Program-made: the position numbers and the translations under genes
Notes under the pieces: model-generated
What the model saw: only the letters and a program-made list of their open reading frames with translations
Databases searched by the model: none
Told to the model about the DNA's origin: nothing
Assembly: GCA_963775425.1 (NCBI GenBank)
Contig: CAVZJB010000003.1
Location: 128,001 to 192,000, forward strand
DNA: 64,000 bases
Source of the DNA: an uncultured delta proteobacterium
GTDB lineage: Bacteria; Myxococcota; UBA727; VGSZ01
Direction: 5' to 3'
Part shown: positions 27,622-36,297 of the stretch, in pieces
Layout: every line of letters starts with the position of its first letter
How positions within the stretch are numbered: the stretch's first letter is position 1

Positions 27622-29238
27622 TCAGCGGCCCGCGACGACCTTCTCGGCCTCGAGCGCCACGGGGTACAGCAGCAGCGCCGGATCGCTGTTGCCCTCGTTG
27701 AGCGCGTTCACCGGCGTCCACGCGGCCACGCCGAGCAGGTGCCCGTCCGGCGAGAAGCGCACGCGACGCACGAGCCACGCGAGCTCCCGCTCGGCGACGC
27801 GCTCGCCGGTGACGGCGTCGAACACGAGGACGCGCTTGTCCCAGCCGCCGGTGACGACGGTGCGGCCGTCGGGAGAGATGGCGGCGGTGGTGGTGAAGCC
27901 GTGCTGGCCGACGAAGCTCTTGGAGAGCGCGCCCTTGTCGAGGTCGACCAGGGCGGCGCCGCTCTTGGGCGACGGATCGGGGTAGATGCCCTTCTTCTCG
28001 CGATCGTACAGGTCGAAGCTCCGCTCGGCCTTCTTCTCGCTGAACGACACGAGGACCTCGGGGACCTGGCCGGGGCCGACGGCGCGGCTCATGTCGATGT
28101 CGGTGCCGGGGCCGGGCAGGGCGATGGTCTTGTCGAGCGCGAGGGTGACGGCGCCGTCGACCATCACGGCCTTGTCCGCGGCGTCGGTGGGCTTGACGAT
28201 GATCTCGTCCTTGGCGACGTCGTCGATGAAGGTGGCGCGGGCGAGCGCGGGCCCGCCGAGGACGAGCTCGGCGCCCGGCGGCACGCAGTCGTCGCACACG
28301 GCCGCGGTGAGCGCGCCGAGATCGAGCGTGCCGACGTGCACACGCCCGAGGGACACGGGGCTGCCGGTGGCGGGGCCGCCCGGCGTCATGACCGCGAGCG
28401 GCTGCGCGTCCTCCGGCGGGCTCAAGCTCAGGCGCTTCACCGCCGCGGTGGTGATGGCGCAGCTCGGCTGCCGCACGTCGCGGACGCTGGAGATGGCCTT
28501 GGCGCCGTCGAGGTGCGCGAGGAACACGCGCTCGCCCGTCTTGAGCGCCGTGGCCGCCACCCGCACCGAGGGGTCCTTGGAGGGCACCACGCGGCTCACC
28601 TTGAGCGTGCCGTCGAAGGAGGTGGACAGGAGGCGGCCGTCCGGCAGGAACGCGAGGCCGTGCACCTCGTCGTCGTGGATGCGGGCCTCGCCGCGCACGA
28701 CGAAGGTCCCCGGATCGAGCAGGAGCACGCGGCCGTCGACGCTGCCGAACGCCAGGATCCCGTGGTCCGGCGAGAGCGCCACGCGCACGAGCCCGATGCC
28801 CGCGATGTACTCGTGCAGCACGGAGCCCGTCTTGGCGTCGAACGCGCGCGCGATGCCCTGGCGGCTCGGCACCGCGATGCTCCCGCGGCCCGGGCCGTCG
28901 TCGACGATGATGACGTCCTCGACGTCGAACTCGCTGGAGTTCACCGGCTGTTGGAAGCGCGGCCGCAGCGGCTCGATCTGGGTGGCGGTGAGCTCCATGC
29001 TCTTGGTGACGTGGTGGACGAAGGCGAGCTGGTTGTCCTTGCCGAACGCGAGCGCATAGATGAAGTCGCGGCGGTTGACGACCTGAGGCGTGCCGAGGCC
29101 CCGCGGCGCCCCGGTGACGAAGCCGCCGGGCTTGTCCTTCAAGGCTGCGGTGACGCCGGGGTCGACCGGCTCGGCCGTGGTGCACCCGCCGGAGACGGCG
29201 GCGCACGTGACGACGACGATCGGGAGAAAAGCGCGCAT
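27622..29238 (-). CDS. WD40 beta-propeller lipoprotein with inserted retropepsin-like domain
   Basis: Lipobox SGGC; WD repeats (HDDEVHGLAFLPDG, SFDGTLKV, GGWDKRV); central segment resembling clan AA aspartyl protease. Confidence 0.7.
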   Translation of the reverse strand: MRAFLPIVVVTCAAVSGGCTTAEPVDPGVTAALKDKPGGFVTGAPRGLGTPQVVNRRDFIYALAFGKDNQLAFVHHVTKSMELTATQIEPLRPRFQQPVNSSEFDVEDVIIVDDGPGRGSIAVPSRQGIARAFDAKTGSVLHEYIAGIGLVRVALSPDHGILAFGSVDGRVLLLDPGTFVVRGEARIHDDEVHGLAFLPDGRLLSTSFDGTLKVSRVVPSKDPSVRVAATALKTGERVFLAHLDGAKAISSVRDVRQPSCAITTAAVKRLSLSPPEDAQPLAVMTPGGPATGSPVSLGRVHVGTLDLGALTAAVCDDCVPPGAELVLGGPALARATFIDDVAKDEIIVKPTDAADKAVMVDGAVTLALDKTIALPGPGTDIDMSRAVGPGQVPEVLVSFSEKKAERSFDLYDREKKGIYPDPSPKSGAALVDLDKGALSKSFVGQHGFTTTAAISPDGRTVVTGGWDKRVLVFDAVTGERVAERELAWLVRRVRFSPDGHLLGVAAWTPVNALNEGNSDPALLLYPVALEAEKVVAGR

Positions 29239-29289
29239 CCGCGAGAGCTATCGGCTATCGTCGCCGTCGACAACACCGAAGGAAGCGGC

Positions 29290-30474
29290 GTGACGGAGAC
29301 GACGGTCACCATCAAGGGAAGGGCGCCCGGCGAGGCCGACTTCTTCTATACGCTCGATCGCGTCCTCGGCGGCCTGCTCGCCGCCCTGAAGGCGGGCCGC
29401 ATCGACGAGGCTGTCGACGTCTACTCGCGCTGCCGCGAGGACATCGGCTTCCAGCTCATCTCGCGCGCGCAGGCGGACCCGGACCTGTTCAAGCAGGTCG
29501 CCAACCTCTTCTTCCGCTCACGCGACTTCGCGCGCGCCGCCTACTGTTGCGAGAACCTCGAGGAGCACGACAAGGCAGCCGCGCTCTACGAACGCTGCGA
29601 CGACTTCGCCCACGCCGCGCAGATGTACGCGGCCAACGGCGACCACCAGAAGGCCGCGGAGATGTTCGAGAAGGCCGGCAACCTCGTCGAGGCGGCGCGC
29701 CTGTTCCGGGAGCTCGGCGAGGACCTGCGCTGCGCGGGCTGCTACGAGCGCGCCGGCCGCCACTTCGACGCAGCCACGGCCTACCAGCGCGCCGGCCGCT
29801 TCGAGAAGGCCATCGAGATCCTCAACCTCATCGACGAGGACAGCCCCGAGCGCAAGGTGGCCAACAAGCTCATCAAGGAGCTGATGGCGCAGACCAACCT
29901 CAAGCGCGCGGCCACCGGACAGATCGCGGCGGCGAGCATCCCCCCCGAATCCCCGGCGTCAGCGCCCGCGCCGGTCGCCATCCCCGAGCCCATCCTCGTC
30001 GGCGGCGGGCAGCTCCCCGCGAGCGGCAAGGGCATCGTCACGGTGATGGAGGGCTTCGAGCACTTGAAGGACCTGCCGCTGTTCGCGGAGCTGTCGCTCA
30101 CCGAGCTCAAGAGCATCTATCACCTGTGCGAGATCGCCTCGCTCGACGCCGGTGACACCCTCATCCAGGCGGGCCAGCCGGCGCCGGCGCTCTTCGTCGT
30201 CATGGCCGGCGAGGTGGAGGTGAGGACGCCGGGTGGGGACCACGTCACCATGCTCGGCATCGGCCAGCACGCGGGCGAGATGAGCCTCGTCGACGACGCC
30301 GCCGCGGGCGTCGACGTCGTCGCCGCCTCTGCGTGCCGCGTCCTGCGCCTGGACAAGCGCGGCTTCCGGGACGTCCTCGCCAGCAACGACGCGCTCGCGC
30401 TGCGCGTCACGCGTGTGTTCCTGCGCGTGCTCACGGAGCGACTGCGGGAGACCACCGCGAGGCTCGGGCGGTGA
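29290..30474 (+). CDS. Alpha-solenoid repeat protein with C-terminal cyclic-nucleotide-binding domain
   Basis: 13-residue AA..YE.AG repeats; LPLFAELS...GEVEV...GEMSLVD. Confidence 0.8.
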   Translation: MTETTVTIKGRAPGEADFFYTLDRVLGGLLAALKAGRIDEAVDVYSRCREDIGFQLISRAQADPDLFKQVANLFFRSRDFARAAYCCENLEEHDKAAALYERCDDFAHAAQMYAANGDHQKAAEMFEKAGNLVEAARLFRELGEDLRCAGCYERAGRHFDAATAYQRAGRFEKAIEILNLIDEDSPERKVANKLIKELMAQTNLKRAATGQIAAASIPPESPASAPAPVAIPEPILVGGGQLPASGKGIVTVMEGFEHLKDLPLFAELSLTELKSIYHLCEIASLDAGDTLIQAGQPAPALFVVMAGEVEVRTPGGDHVTMLGIGQHAGEMSLVDDAAAGVDVVAASACRVLRLDKRGFRDVLASNDALALRVTRVFLRVLTERLRETTARLGR

Positions 30475-30478
30475 CATC

Positions 30479-31165
30479 ATGAGCATCTACGATCCATCGT
30501 CGACACCCACGGTGAACTTCGGCGTGGTGTTCCACAACCTCGAGCAGTACCGGCAGCTCGTGCACAAGCTGGCGTCGTCGCCGCTCGTCGCGAGCGCGGA
30601 CTTCACCTACGCGGCGCCCATCTACAAGGGCAGCGAGCGCATCAAGGAGGCGCTCGGCCGCGCCGAGAGCGCCCTCGACAAATTCGACGTCTATTTCGAA
30701 AACGCCCTCGCCGACGAGCCCGAGCGTGTCCGCTTCGCGCGCATGTTCCACGCGGCGTACCTGCGCAAATACCCGGCGAGCGAGCGCACCGATCTCTTCC
30801 TCGCGTCCGGCGACGTCTTGAAATTCTCCTTCGAGCTCGTGCCGCCGAGCGCCCTGGAGAACCCCGGTCAGGCCCTCGACGCCGTCGCGCGCACGCCGCA
30901 CGATCAGCACGTCCTCGAGAAGCTCCAGGCGGGCGAGCCCATCGATCGCGCCCACCTGCGCGCCGACCTCAAGGTCTTCTTCGACCACGTCATGAACCCG
31001 CGCCGCCGCGAGATCCCGCGCGTGCAGCAGGCCATGGCCGAGCTCGGCGCCGAGGAGCCGTACATCCTCGAGCTCGTCACCAACGGCGGGATGCCCGGGT
31101 ACATCTACTACACGGTGCATCCCCTCGTGCACGCCACCGGCGGCCGCCTCGTCCTTTTGACCTGA
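30479..31165 (+). CDS. Hypothetical protein
   Basis: Globular composition and strong GC3 bias, 4 bp after the cNMP gene. Confidence 0.75.
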   Translation: MSIYDPSSTPTVNFGVVFHNLEQYRQLVHKLASSPLVASADFTYAAPIYKGSERIKEALGRAESALDKFDVYFENALADEPERVRFARMFHAAYLRKYPASERTDLFLASGDVLKFSFELVPPSALENPGQALDAVARTPHDQHVLEKLQAGEPIDRAHLRADLKVFFDHVMNPRRREIPRVQQAMAELGAEEPYILELVTNGGMPGYIYYTVHPLVHATGGRLVLLT

Positions 31166-31166
31166 A

Positions 31167-31500
31167 AGGCTGACGAAAAACACGGCTCGTAGCAGCACTC
31201 GGCGAAGCCGCATAAAGGTGGCTCGCCGCGCGGAGTACGTGGCGAGGCACGTCGGCCCGCAAGAACCGCTGCAGGTTGTGAGGAAACGGCGGGTCCGAGC
31301 GGTGTCGTGATCCCGCTATCAGCGCACCTGGCGGGTTCGTGCGGGTCGTGTGCGCGCCGACGTGCCTCGATGCGACGTTGGCGCGGACTTCAGGCGGTGA
31401 GCTTCGCGAGGTTCTGCAGCAGGTTGAAGGCCACGGCTGCCATCAGGGTGAGGAGCTTGTCGTGGCTCGGATCAACACGTTCCGCGTCAGCCTCTGCGCG
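31167..31500 (-). mobile_element. Degenerate IS5/IS1182-like element end (transposase C-terminal remnant plus terminal sequence)
   Basis: Minus-strand 31390..31500 reads ERVD....LLTLMAAVAFNLLQNLAKLTA*; AGGCTGACGAAAAA at 31167-31180 resembles such IS ends. Confidence 0.45.
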
Positions 31501-31555
31501 AGCGCACGGGGAGAAATTTCGTTCGGTCCCGAGACGCTCGCGCGCCGCGAGGGTG

Positions 31556-32725
31556 ATGAACAACGAGGCTGTGATACATCACGTCATGCTCGCTGTTGTG
31601 TGCGTTGCGCTCCTCCCGGCCGCGTCCGCGCCGGCCAACCCGCCCAAGCCGCCCAAGCCGGCGCACCTCAAGGTGCTTGTCCTCGACGTCAACAGCGAGG
31701 AGTTCACGGAGGGCGAGAAGGTGACCATCGCGAACCTCGAAGCCGCGCACCTCTCGGAGGAGCCGGGGCTCGAGGTGCTTTCGGGCCAGGACCTCAAGCA
31801 GCTCGTGGCGCTGCAGGGCGATGCGGAGGACATCGGCGTCAACGGCCATTGCACCGACGCCTGCATGGCCGAGCTCGCCGGCACCATCGGCGCCGGGGTC
31901 GTCGTCGCCACGCAGGTGGGCAAGCTCGGCGACACCATCGTGGTGACGCTCTCCGTGTTCGACGCTGCCAAGGCGAGGAGCGTCTCGCGCAAGTCCTTCC
32001 AGGTCAGGTCGCTCGGCGAGCTCCCCGCGCGGCTCGGCCCGGCCCTCGACGCGTTGGTGCGCCCGCTCCTGCCCGCCGTCGCCGGTTCGCTGCCGGCGCA
32101 GACGCCGGCGTCGCCCTTGACGGACGACCTGACCGGGTGGGTGCGCTCGGCCTACGACGCGGAGGCCTTCGACATCTGCGTCGGCAACGAGGATCCCGTG
32201 ACGGGCGCCGCGGCGGCGCCGGGCTCGATGGCGGCGTCGGCGCAGGGGATGTGGTGGTTTTGCGACCACCACAAGCGCCCCTACACGGAGAACGCGTTCG
32301 TGCGGAAGTACCGCACCGTCACCGGCGCCCACGACATCGACCGCGCCGAGGTCGACCGCGGCGGCGGCGGCGGCGACTACGGCGTCCCCATCGCCATGGG
32401 GGTCGTGGGCGCGGCAGGCACCTTCCTGCTGAGCTTCACGCTCGTCTGCGGCCTCAGCGACTGCGGCTCCGTCGTCGGTGACGCGTTCTCTCCGGACGCC
32501 GACCCGCCGCTCGGCTTCATCGGCGGGACCACCATCGGCGCCGCGGCCGCCATCGCCGGCCTCGCCATCGGCATGAGCTCGCTGCCCGGGGACGACCACG
32601 ACGGGACGCCGAGCATGCACACGCTCACGGAGGCGGAGGCGCGGGCGGCCGCCGCGCGCTTCAACGGCGCCCTTCGCGACCGGGCCCCCGGCGAACGCGC
32701 GGCGGGCGGGATGCGCGCGCTGTAG
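31556..32725 (+). CDS. Secreted/membrane protein with N-terminal DUF2380/TolB-N-like domain and C-terminal TM helices
   Basis: Signal peptide; C..ACMAELAG.IGA..V...VGKLG pattern common in myxobacterial PEGA-type proteins. Start uncertain (31556 or 31586). Confidence 0.6.
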   Translation: MNNEAVIHHVMLAVVCVALLPAASAPANPPKPPKPAHLKVLVLDVNSEEFTEGEKVTIANLEAAHLSEEPGLEVLSGQDLKQLVALQGDAEDIGVNGHCTDACMAELAGTIGAGVVVATQVGKLGDTIVVTLSVFDAAKARSVSRKSFQVRSLGELPARLGPALDALVRPLLPAVAGSLPAQTPASPLTDDLTGWVRSAYDAEAFDICVGNEDPVTGAAAAPGSMAASAQGMWWFCDHHKRPYTENAFVRKYRTVTGAHDIDRAEVDRGGGGGDYGVPIAMGVVGAAGTFLLSFTLVCGLSDCGSVVGDAFSPDADPPLGFIGGTTIGAAAAIAGLAIGMSSLPGDDHDGTPSMHTLTEAEARAAAARFNGALRDRAPGERAAGGMRAL

Positions 32726-32737
32726 GCCCGGTCGCGC

Positions 32738-33409
32738 TCAGCGCCGCGCGGCGGCGAGGCGCTTCTTGACGGCGTTGAACAGGCCGGGGACGGCGGTGTT
32801 GTTGGCCATGTTGGCGACGAACGACGGGATGGAGCCGCCCGGCGACGTGTACACGTAGTAGCTCGCCTTGGTCCGCTTGCCGTCGGCCTCGAGCCGCCAG
32901 TGCCCCTCGAGGACCTGGAGGCGCACGACGCCGTCGACGGGCTTGGGGCCGAGGGCCTTTTCGAGCGAGAAGGTGTGCGTGACGACGGTCTTTCCGTCGT
33001 GCGTCCCGGTCTTGTGCGTGACGCGGATGGTGTAGTCGCGCTCCGAGGACAGCGGGGCCGCGATGCGCTCGTAGGTGACGACGGAGCCGTCCTTGTCCTT
33101 GAGGATCTCCCGCGACTCCTTGGTGTAGGGCATGAAGTCCTTGTAGTGCCCGAGGTCGTCGAGGACGGCGCGCACGGCGTCGAGCGGCGCGTCGAAGGAG
33201 CCGGTGGCGAGCACCTCCTTGATCTCGGAGCCGGGGCGCTCGCGGTTGTAGATGACGACGCCGTCGGTGCGCGTGGCCTCCACCCACCCCGCGTCGCCGG
33301 CGAGCGCGGCGCCCGCGCCCAGGAGCGCCACGACGACGGCGCCGCACCACCGTCTTCGCCTCGAGCGCGGCGCGCCGCCCCGGTGACCTCGTCCAAGCCG
33401 AGAGCTCAC
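32738..33409 (-). CDS. Secreted START (lipid-binding) domain protein
   Basis: W....DGVVIYNR, RDYT, G.W.L, PGGSIPSFVAN. Confidence 0.8.
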   Translation of the reverse strand: MSSRLGRGHRGGAPRSRRRRWCGAVVVALLGAGAALAGDAGWVEATRTDGVVIYNRERPGSEIKEVLATGSFDAPLDAVRAVLDDLGHYKDFMPYTKESREILKDKDGSVVTYERIAAPLSSERDYTIRVTHKTGTHDGKTVVTHTFSLEKALGPKPVDGVVRLQVLEGHWRLEADGKRTKASYYVYTSPGGSIPSFVANMANNTAVPGLFNAVKKRLAAARR

Positions 33410-34077
33410 AGGTCCACCAGCCTCTCCTTCAGGCCGCGCGCGACGAATTTGCGGATGCCCGCGACGTCCTCAGTGTGCCACGCGCGCGCCAGGCGCCGCA
33501 CGATGAAGCGCTCGAACAGCGCGTCGAGCACGCGCTCGAGCTCCGCGAGGCACTGCATGCGCAGGGCGAGCACGTCCTCGAGGGGGAGCTTGGGCCGCCG
33601 CTTGGCTTTCCTCGGCGGGGCGAGCGGATCGACGACGGCGGCTTCGGCGTCCTCGGGCTCCGAGAACAGGTCCGGCAGCTTGACGCCGACGAGGCCGCCG
33701 TCGTCGCCGCGCAGCGTGAACGCGTAGACGCGCGACTGCACCGACATCTCGAGCGCGAGCACGTCGACGAGCGCCCCGCGCCGGATGGCCTGCAGGATCT
33801 CGCCGCTGTCATCGAGGCCGGGGCCGGTGAGGGCGACCTTCGCCCCGGTGGCGTCGACGGTCTTGAGCTGCACGCGCTTGCCCACGGCGAAGCGCACGAC
33901 GGCCTCCTCCTCGGACGTGTCCTTGTCGAACGCGGACGGCAAGGCGAGCTCGAAGCCCTCCTCGAGGAGCGTGAAGTACAGCCACGTGAGCATCTCGGGC
34001 CCGAGGAACATCTTGTCCGCGAGCTTGCGCACCGACGCCGGCGCCGGCGCGCTCTTGTCCTGGTCGTCGGCCCTCAC
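33406..34077 (-). CDS. RdgC-like partner protein
   Basis: FLGPEMLTWLYF motif as in deltaproteobacterial RdgC-like pairs; coupled to the upstream gene. Confidence 0.55.
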   Translation of the reverse strand: MRADDQDKSAPAPASVRKLADKMFLGPEMLTWLYFTLLEEGFELALPSAFDKDTSEEEAVVRFAVGKRVQLKTVDATGAKVALTGPGLDDSGEILQAIRRGALVDVLALEMSVQSRVYAFTLRGDDGGLVGVKLPDLFSEPEDAEAAVVDPLAPPRKAKRRPKLPLEDVLALRMQCLAELERVLDALFERFIVRRLARAWHTEDVAGIRKFVARGLKERLVDL

Positions 34078-34754
34078 GCGGCCTCCTCGTCGCCGGCGCC
34101 GGGCTCGCTCGGGTCTTTGCGGATGGCGTCGGGGAAGAGCCAGCCGGGCGACAGGCGCTCGAGCACGGACTGCGCGCGGCTGCCGACGTCGACGGTGAAG
34201 GCGCGGGCGGCGTAGGTGCCGAGCTCCACGCGCACCTGGAACGTGCGCTCCACGAGAGACGCCACGCGCTCGGTGACGACGGTGCCGCGGCCGAACACGC
34301 GCATCTCCCGCGTGCTCGTGTCCCAGACGACGTCGACGAGCTTGCTGCGCGGGATGGTTTGCTTTTTCAGCTCCAACAACACGGCCTGCTCGACGGCCTT
34401 CACGAAGGCCCGGCCGATGTCGCCGGGGTCCTTCTTCTCGTCGCGCACGATCTTGTCGATGCGCTTCTTGGTCTCGCGCTGCAGGAGCGGGCGCGGGATG
34501 CGATAGGCGTCCTCGCGGTACGTGACCGCCACGATGTCGCCGAAGAGGAACACGTCGCGCGTGATGGGCATCTCGTCGTCGAACGGCGCCTCCGCCGGCA
34601 CCCAGCCCGCGGACTCGTTGACGTCGCCGCCGGGTGAAAGCGGCATGAAGCGCCGCGCCTCGAGCGCCTTTTCGTATGTAGAACCCGGGTTCTTGGCGGG
34701 CTCGCCCTCGACGAGGAACCGCAGGTACGACAGGGAGCCGCGCAACGCACCCAC
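34074..34754 (-). CDS. RdgC-like recombination-associated protein
   Basis: MGALRGSLSYLRF.VEG, ESAGWV, R.D...IP, DVVWD, ERTF. Confidence 0.7.
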   Translation of the reverse strand: MGALRGSLSYLRFLVEGEPAKNPGSTYEKALEARRFMPLSPGGDVNESAGWVPAEAPFDDEMPITRDVFLFGDIVAVTYREDAYRIPRPLLQRETKKRIDKIVRDEKKDPGDIGRAFVKAVEQAVLLELKKQTIPRSKLVDVVWDTSTREMRVFGRGTVVTERVASLVERTFQVRVELGTYAARAFTVDVGSRAQSVLERLSPGWLFPDAIRKDPSEPGAGDEEAA

Positions 34755-34755
34755 G

Positions 34756-35289
34756 TCAGCTCCCCGTCCGGCCCACCCAAGGGGGCAGGGCGCGCTTGGC
34801 GTCGCTGATGGGCAGGATCCCCTGCCGGGACCTCTCGACGAGGGTCCGCTGCTCCTCGTAGACCACCGCGAGCTTGGCGATGGGGATGCGCTCGGGGCAG
34901 GCGGCGTCGCACTTGCGGCAGCGGCCGCAGACGGGGCCGTTGAGGGTGGCGAGCGTGAGGCGCACGTCCTCGAGCTGCGGGGCCTGTCGCGTCCCGGAGA
35001 GCACGAACGTCATGGGCCCGAGGAACTGCGGGTCCTCCCCCTTCACCTCGCCGTGCAGGATGGGGCACACCTCGTCGCAGGCGCCGCAGGCGGTGCAGCG
35101 CCCGGGCTCATGGGCGAGCAAACGAAAGGCCGGCGTCGACGGCGGCAGGCCCTCGGGGACGTAGTTCTCCTGGAAGCGCTGAAAGCCGTAGCGGGGCGCC
35201 CACGGCCACGCCTTGCGCAGCCAGTGGCGCACGAGCTTCCACCCGAGGTTCACCTGCGCATGCCACCAGCGGAGATCGAACGAGGCCAC
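34756..35289 (-). CDS. 4Fe-4S dicluster protein
   Basis: CTACGACDEVCP and CGRCRKCDAACP. Confidence 0.8.
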   Translation of the reverse strand: MASFDLRWWHAQVNLGWKLVRHWLRKAWPWAPRYGFQRFQENYVPEGLPPSTPAFRLLAHEPGRCTACGACDEVCPILHGEVKGEDPQFLGPMTFVLSGTRQAPQLEDVRLTLATLNGPVCGRCRKCDAACPERIPIAKLAVVYEEQRTLVERSRQGILPISDAKRALPPWVGRTGS

Positions 35290-35431
35290 GGGCCCCGTGT
35301 ATTCGAGCGCCCGCACCGATGCCAGAGGCGCCGGGCCCCGAGCGACGATGTTGCGCGCGGCGCGCCGGCCGAGTGCGACACGAATGTCGCGTTTTCTCCC
35401 TCGCGCCCCCCGCGGGGCCCATGGCAGCGCG

Positions 35432-35447
35432 TGGCGCGCGCGTTGCT
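35432..35447 (+). promoter_or_regulatory. sigma54 -24/-12 promoter
   Basis: TGGCGCGCGCGTTGCT matches TGGCAC-N5-TTGCW with one mismatch; upstream palindrome GCGACA-cgaa-TGTCGC (35375-35390). Confidence 0.65.
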
Positions 35448-35583
35448 CACCGAAGGATGATCGGCGCGGCTCACGCCGGAACGTTGCGTAGCAGTGCCGG
35501 TTCATGACAGTGTCCCGGCGCCTCTGAAACCGTCCCCGCAAGGGACGCTCGGTCCCCGGACGGGGAGATTCCAGGAGAGACCC

Positions 35584-36228
35584 ATGAAGAAGATTCACGT
35601 GTTTTTGATTACCGCCGGCCTCGCGGCCGCCATCCTTCCCTTGATGGCTGCCGACTGCAGCGGCCTCGGCTGCACCAGCGACGCTGACTGCCCCGCCGGC
35701 GACACCTGCGACCTCAGCTCGGGCACCGGCCTGTGCGTCGGCGGCGAGGGCGAAGGCGAAGGCGAAGGCGAAGGCGAGGGCGAGGGCGAGGGCGACGCCT
35801 GCCAGGCCATCGGCGACTTCACCGACGGCGCCGCGGACTTCACCACCAACAATGACGCGCTCATCGAGGTCGACGCCGACAACATCGCCGACTGCGCCAA
35901 CACGGTCGGCGGCGGCACCACGCCGTTCGACGCCCAGGTCACCATCAGCGGCAACTACTCCTTCTCCGACGACTGCGGCGACGGAAACAACGCCTGCCCC
36001 ACCGGCAGCCAGGTGAACTGGGACGAGCTCGGCAACGCCAACACCCCGGCGTCCTGCGCGTCGTTCCCCATCGCGTTCAACGACGCGGGCGACGACTGCA
36101 CCCCGCCGGAGAACTGCACCATCCTGTGCCCGCTCTGCTTCGTCACCGCGCCCACCGACATGGCGATCCAGGTGAGCGACGACACCGGCGACAGCAACGC
36201 CGTCTGCGTCGACACGAGCGGCATCTGA
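35584..36228 (+). CDS. Cys/Asp-rich lipoprotein with (Gly-Glu)8 linker
   Basis: AGGAG RBS; MKK...LMAADC signal; CTSDADCPAGDTC module; GE repeat at 35743-35790. Confidence 0.8.
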   Translation: MKKIHVFLITAGLAAAILPLMAADCSGLGCTSDADCPAGDTCDLSSGTGLCVGGEGEGEGEGEGEGEGEGDACQAIGDFTDGAADFTTNNDALIEVDADNIADCANTVGGGTTPFDAQVTISGNYSFSDDCGDGNNACPTGSQVNWDELGNANTPASCASFPIAFNDAGDDCTPPENCTILCPLCFVTAPTDMAIQVSDDTGDSNAVCVDTSGI

Positions 36229-36258
36229 GCGCTCGCGCGAGCTGAATGGACCTGAATG

Positions 36259-36290
36259 GAAAGGGCCCGCCTCGGCGGGCCCTTTCTTTT
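36259..36290 (+). terminator. Rho-independent terminator (possibly bidirectional)
   Basis: GAAAGGGCCCGC-ctcg-GCGGGCCCTTTC-TTTT between convergent genes. Confidence 0.9.
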
Positions 36291-36297
36291 GCGCGCG

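Noticed and set aside
33406-34754. Prophage or integrated element suggested by RdgC-like genes
   Set aside because: No integrase, structural or replication genes; tandem RdgC-like pairs are ordinary chromosomal genes in Deltaproteobacteria-like genomes.
35520-35575. c-di-GMP-I (GEMM) riboswitch (AAACC...GGGACGC resemblance)
   Set aside because: GGGAC pairs within the local hairpin, and the following AAAG and second stem with tetraloop receptor are missing. Kept only as a structured leader.
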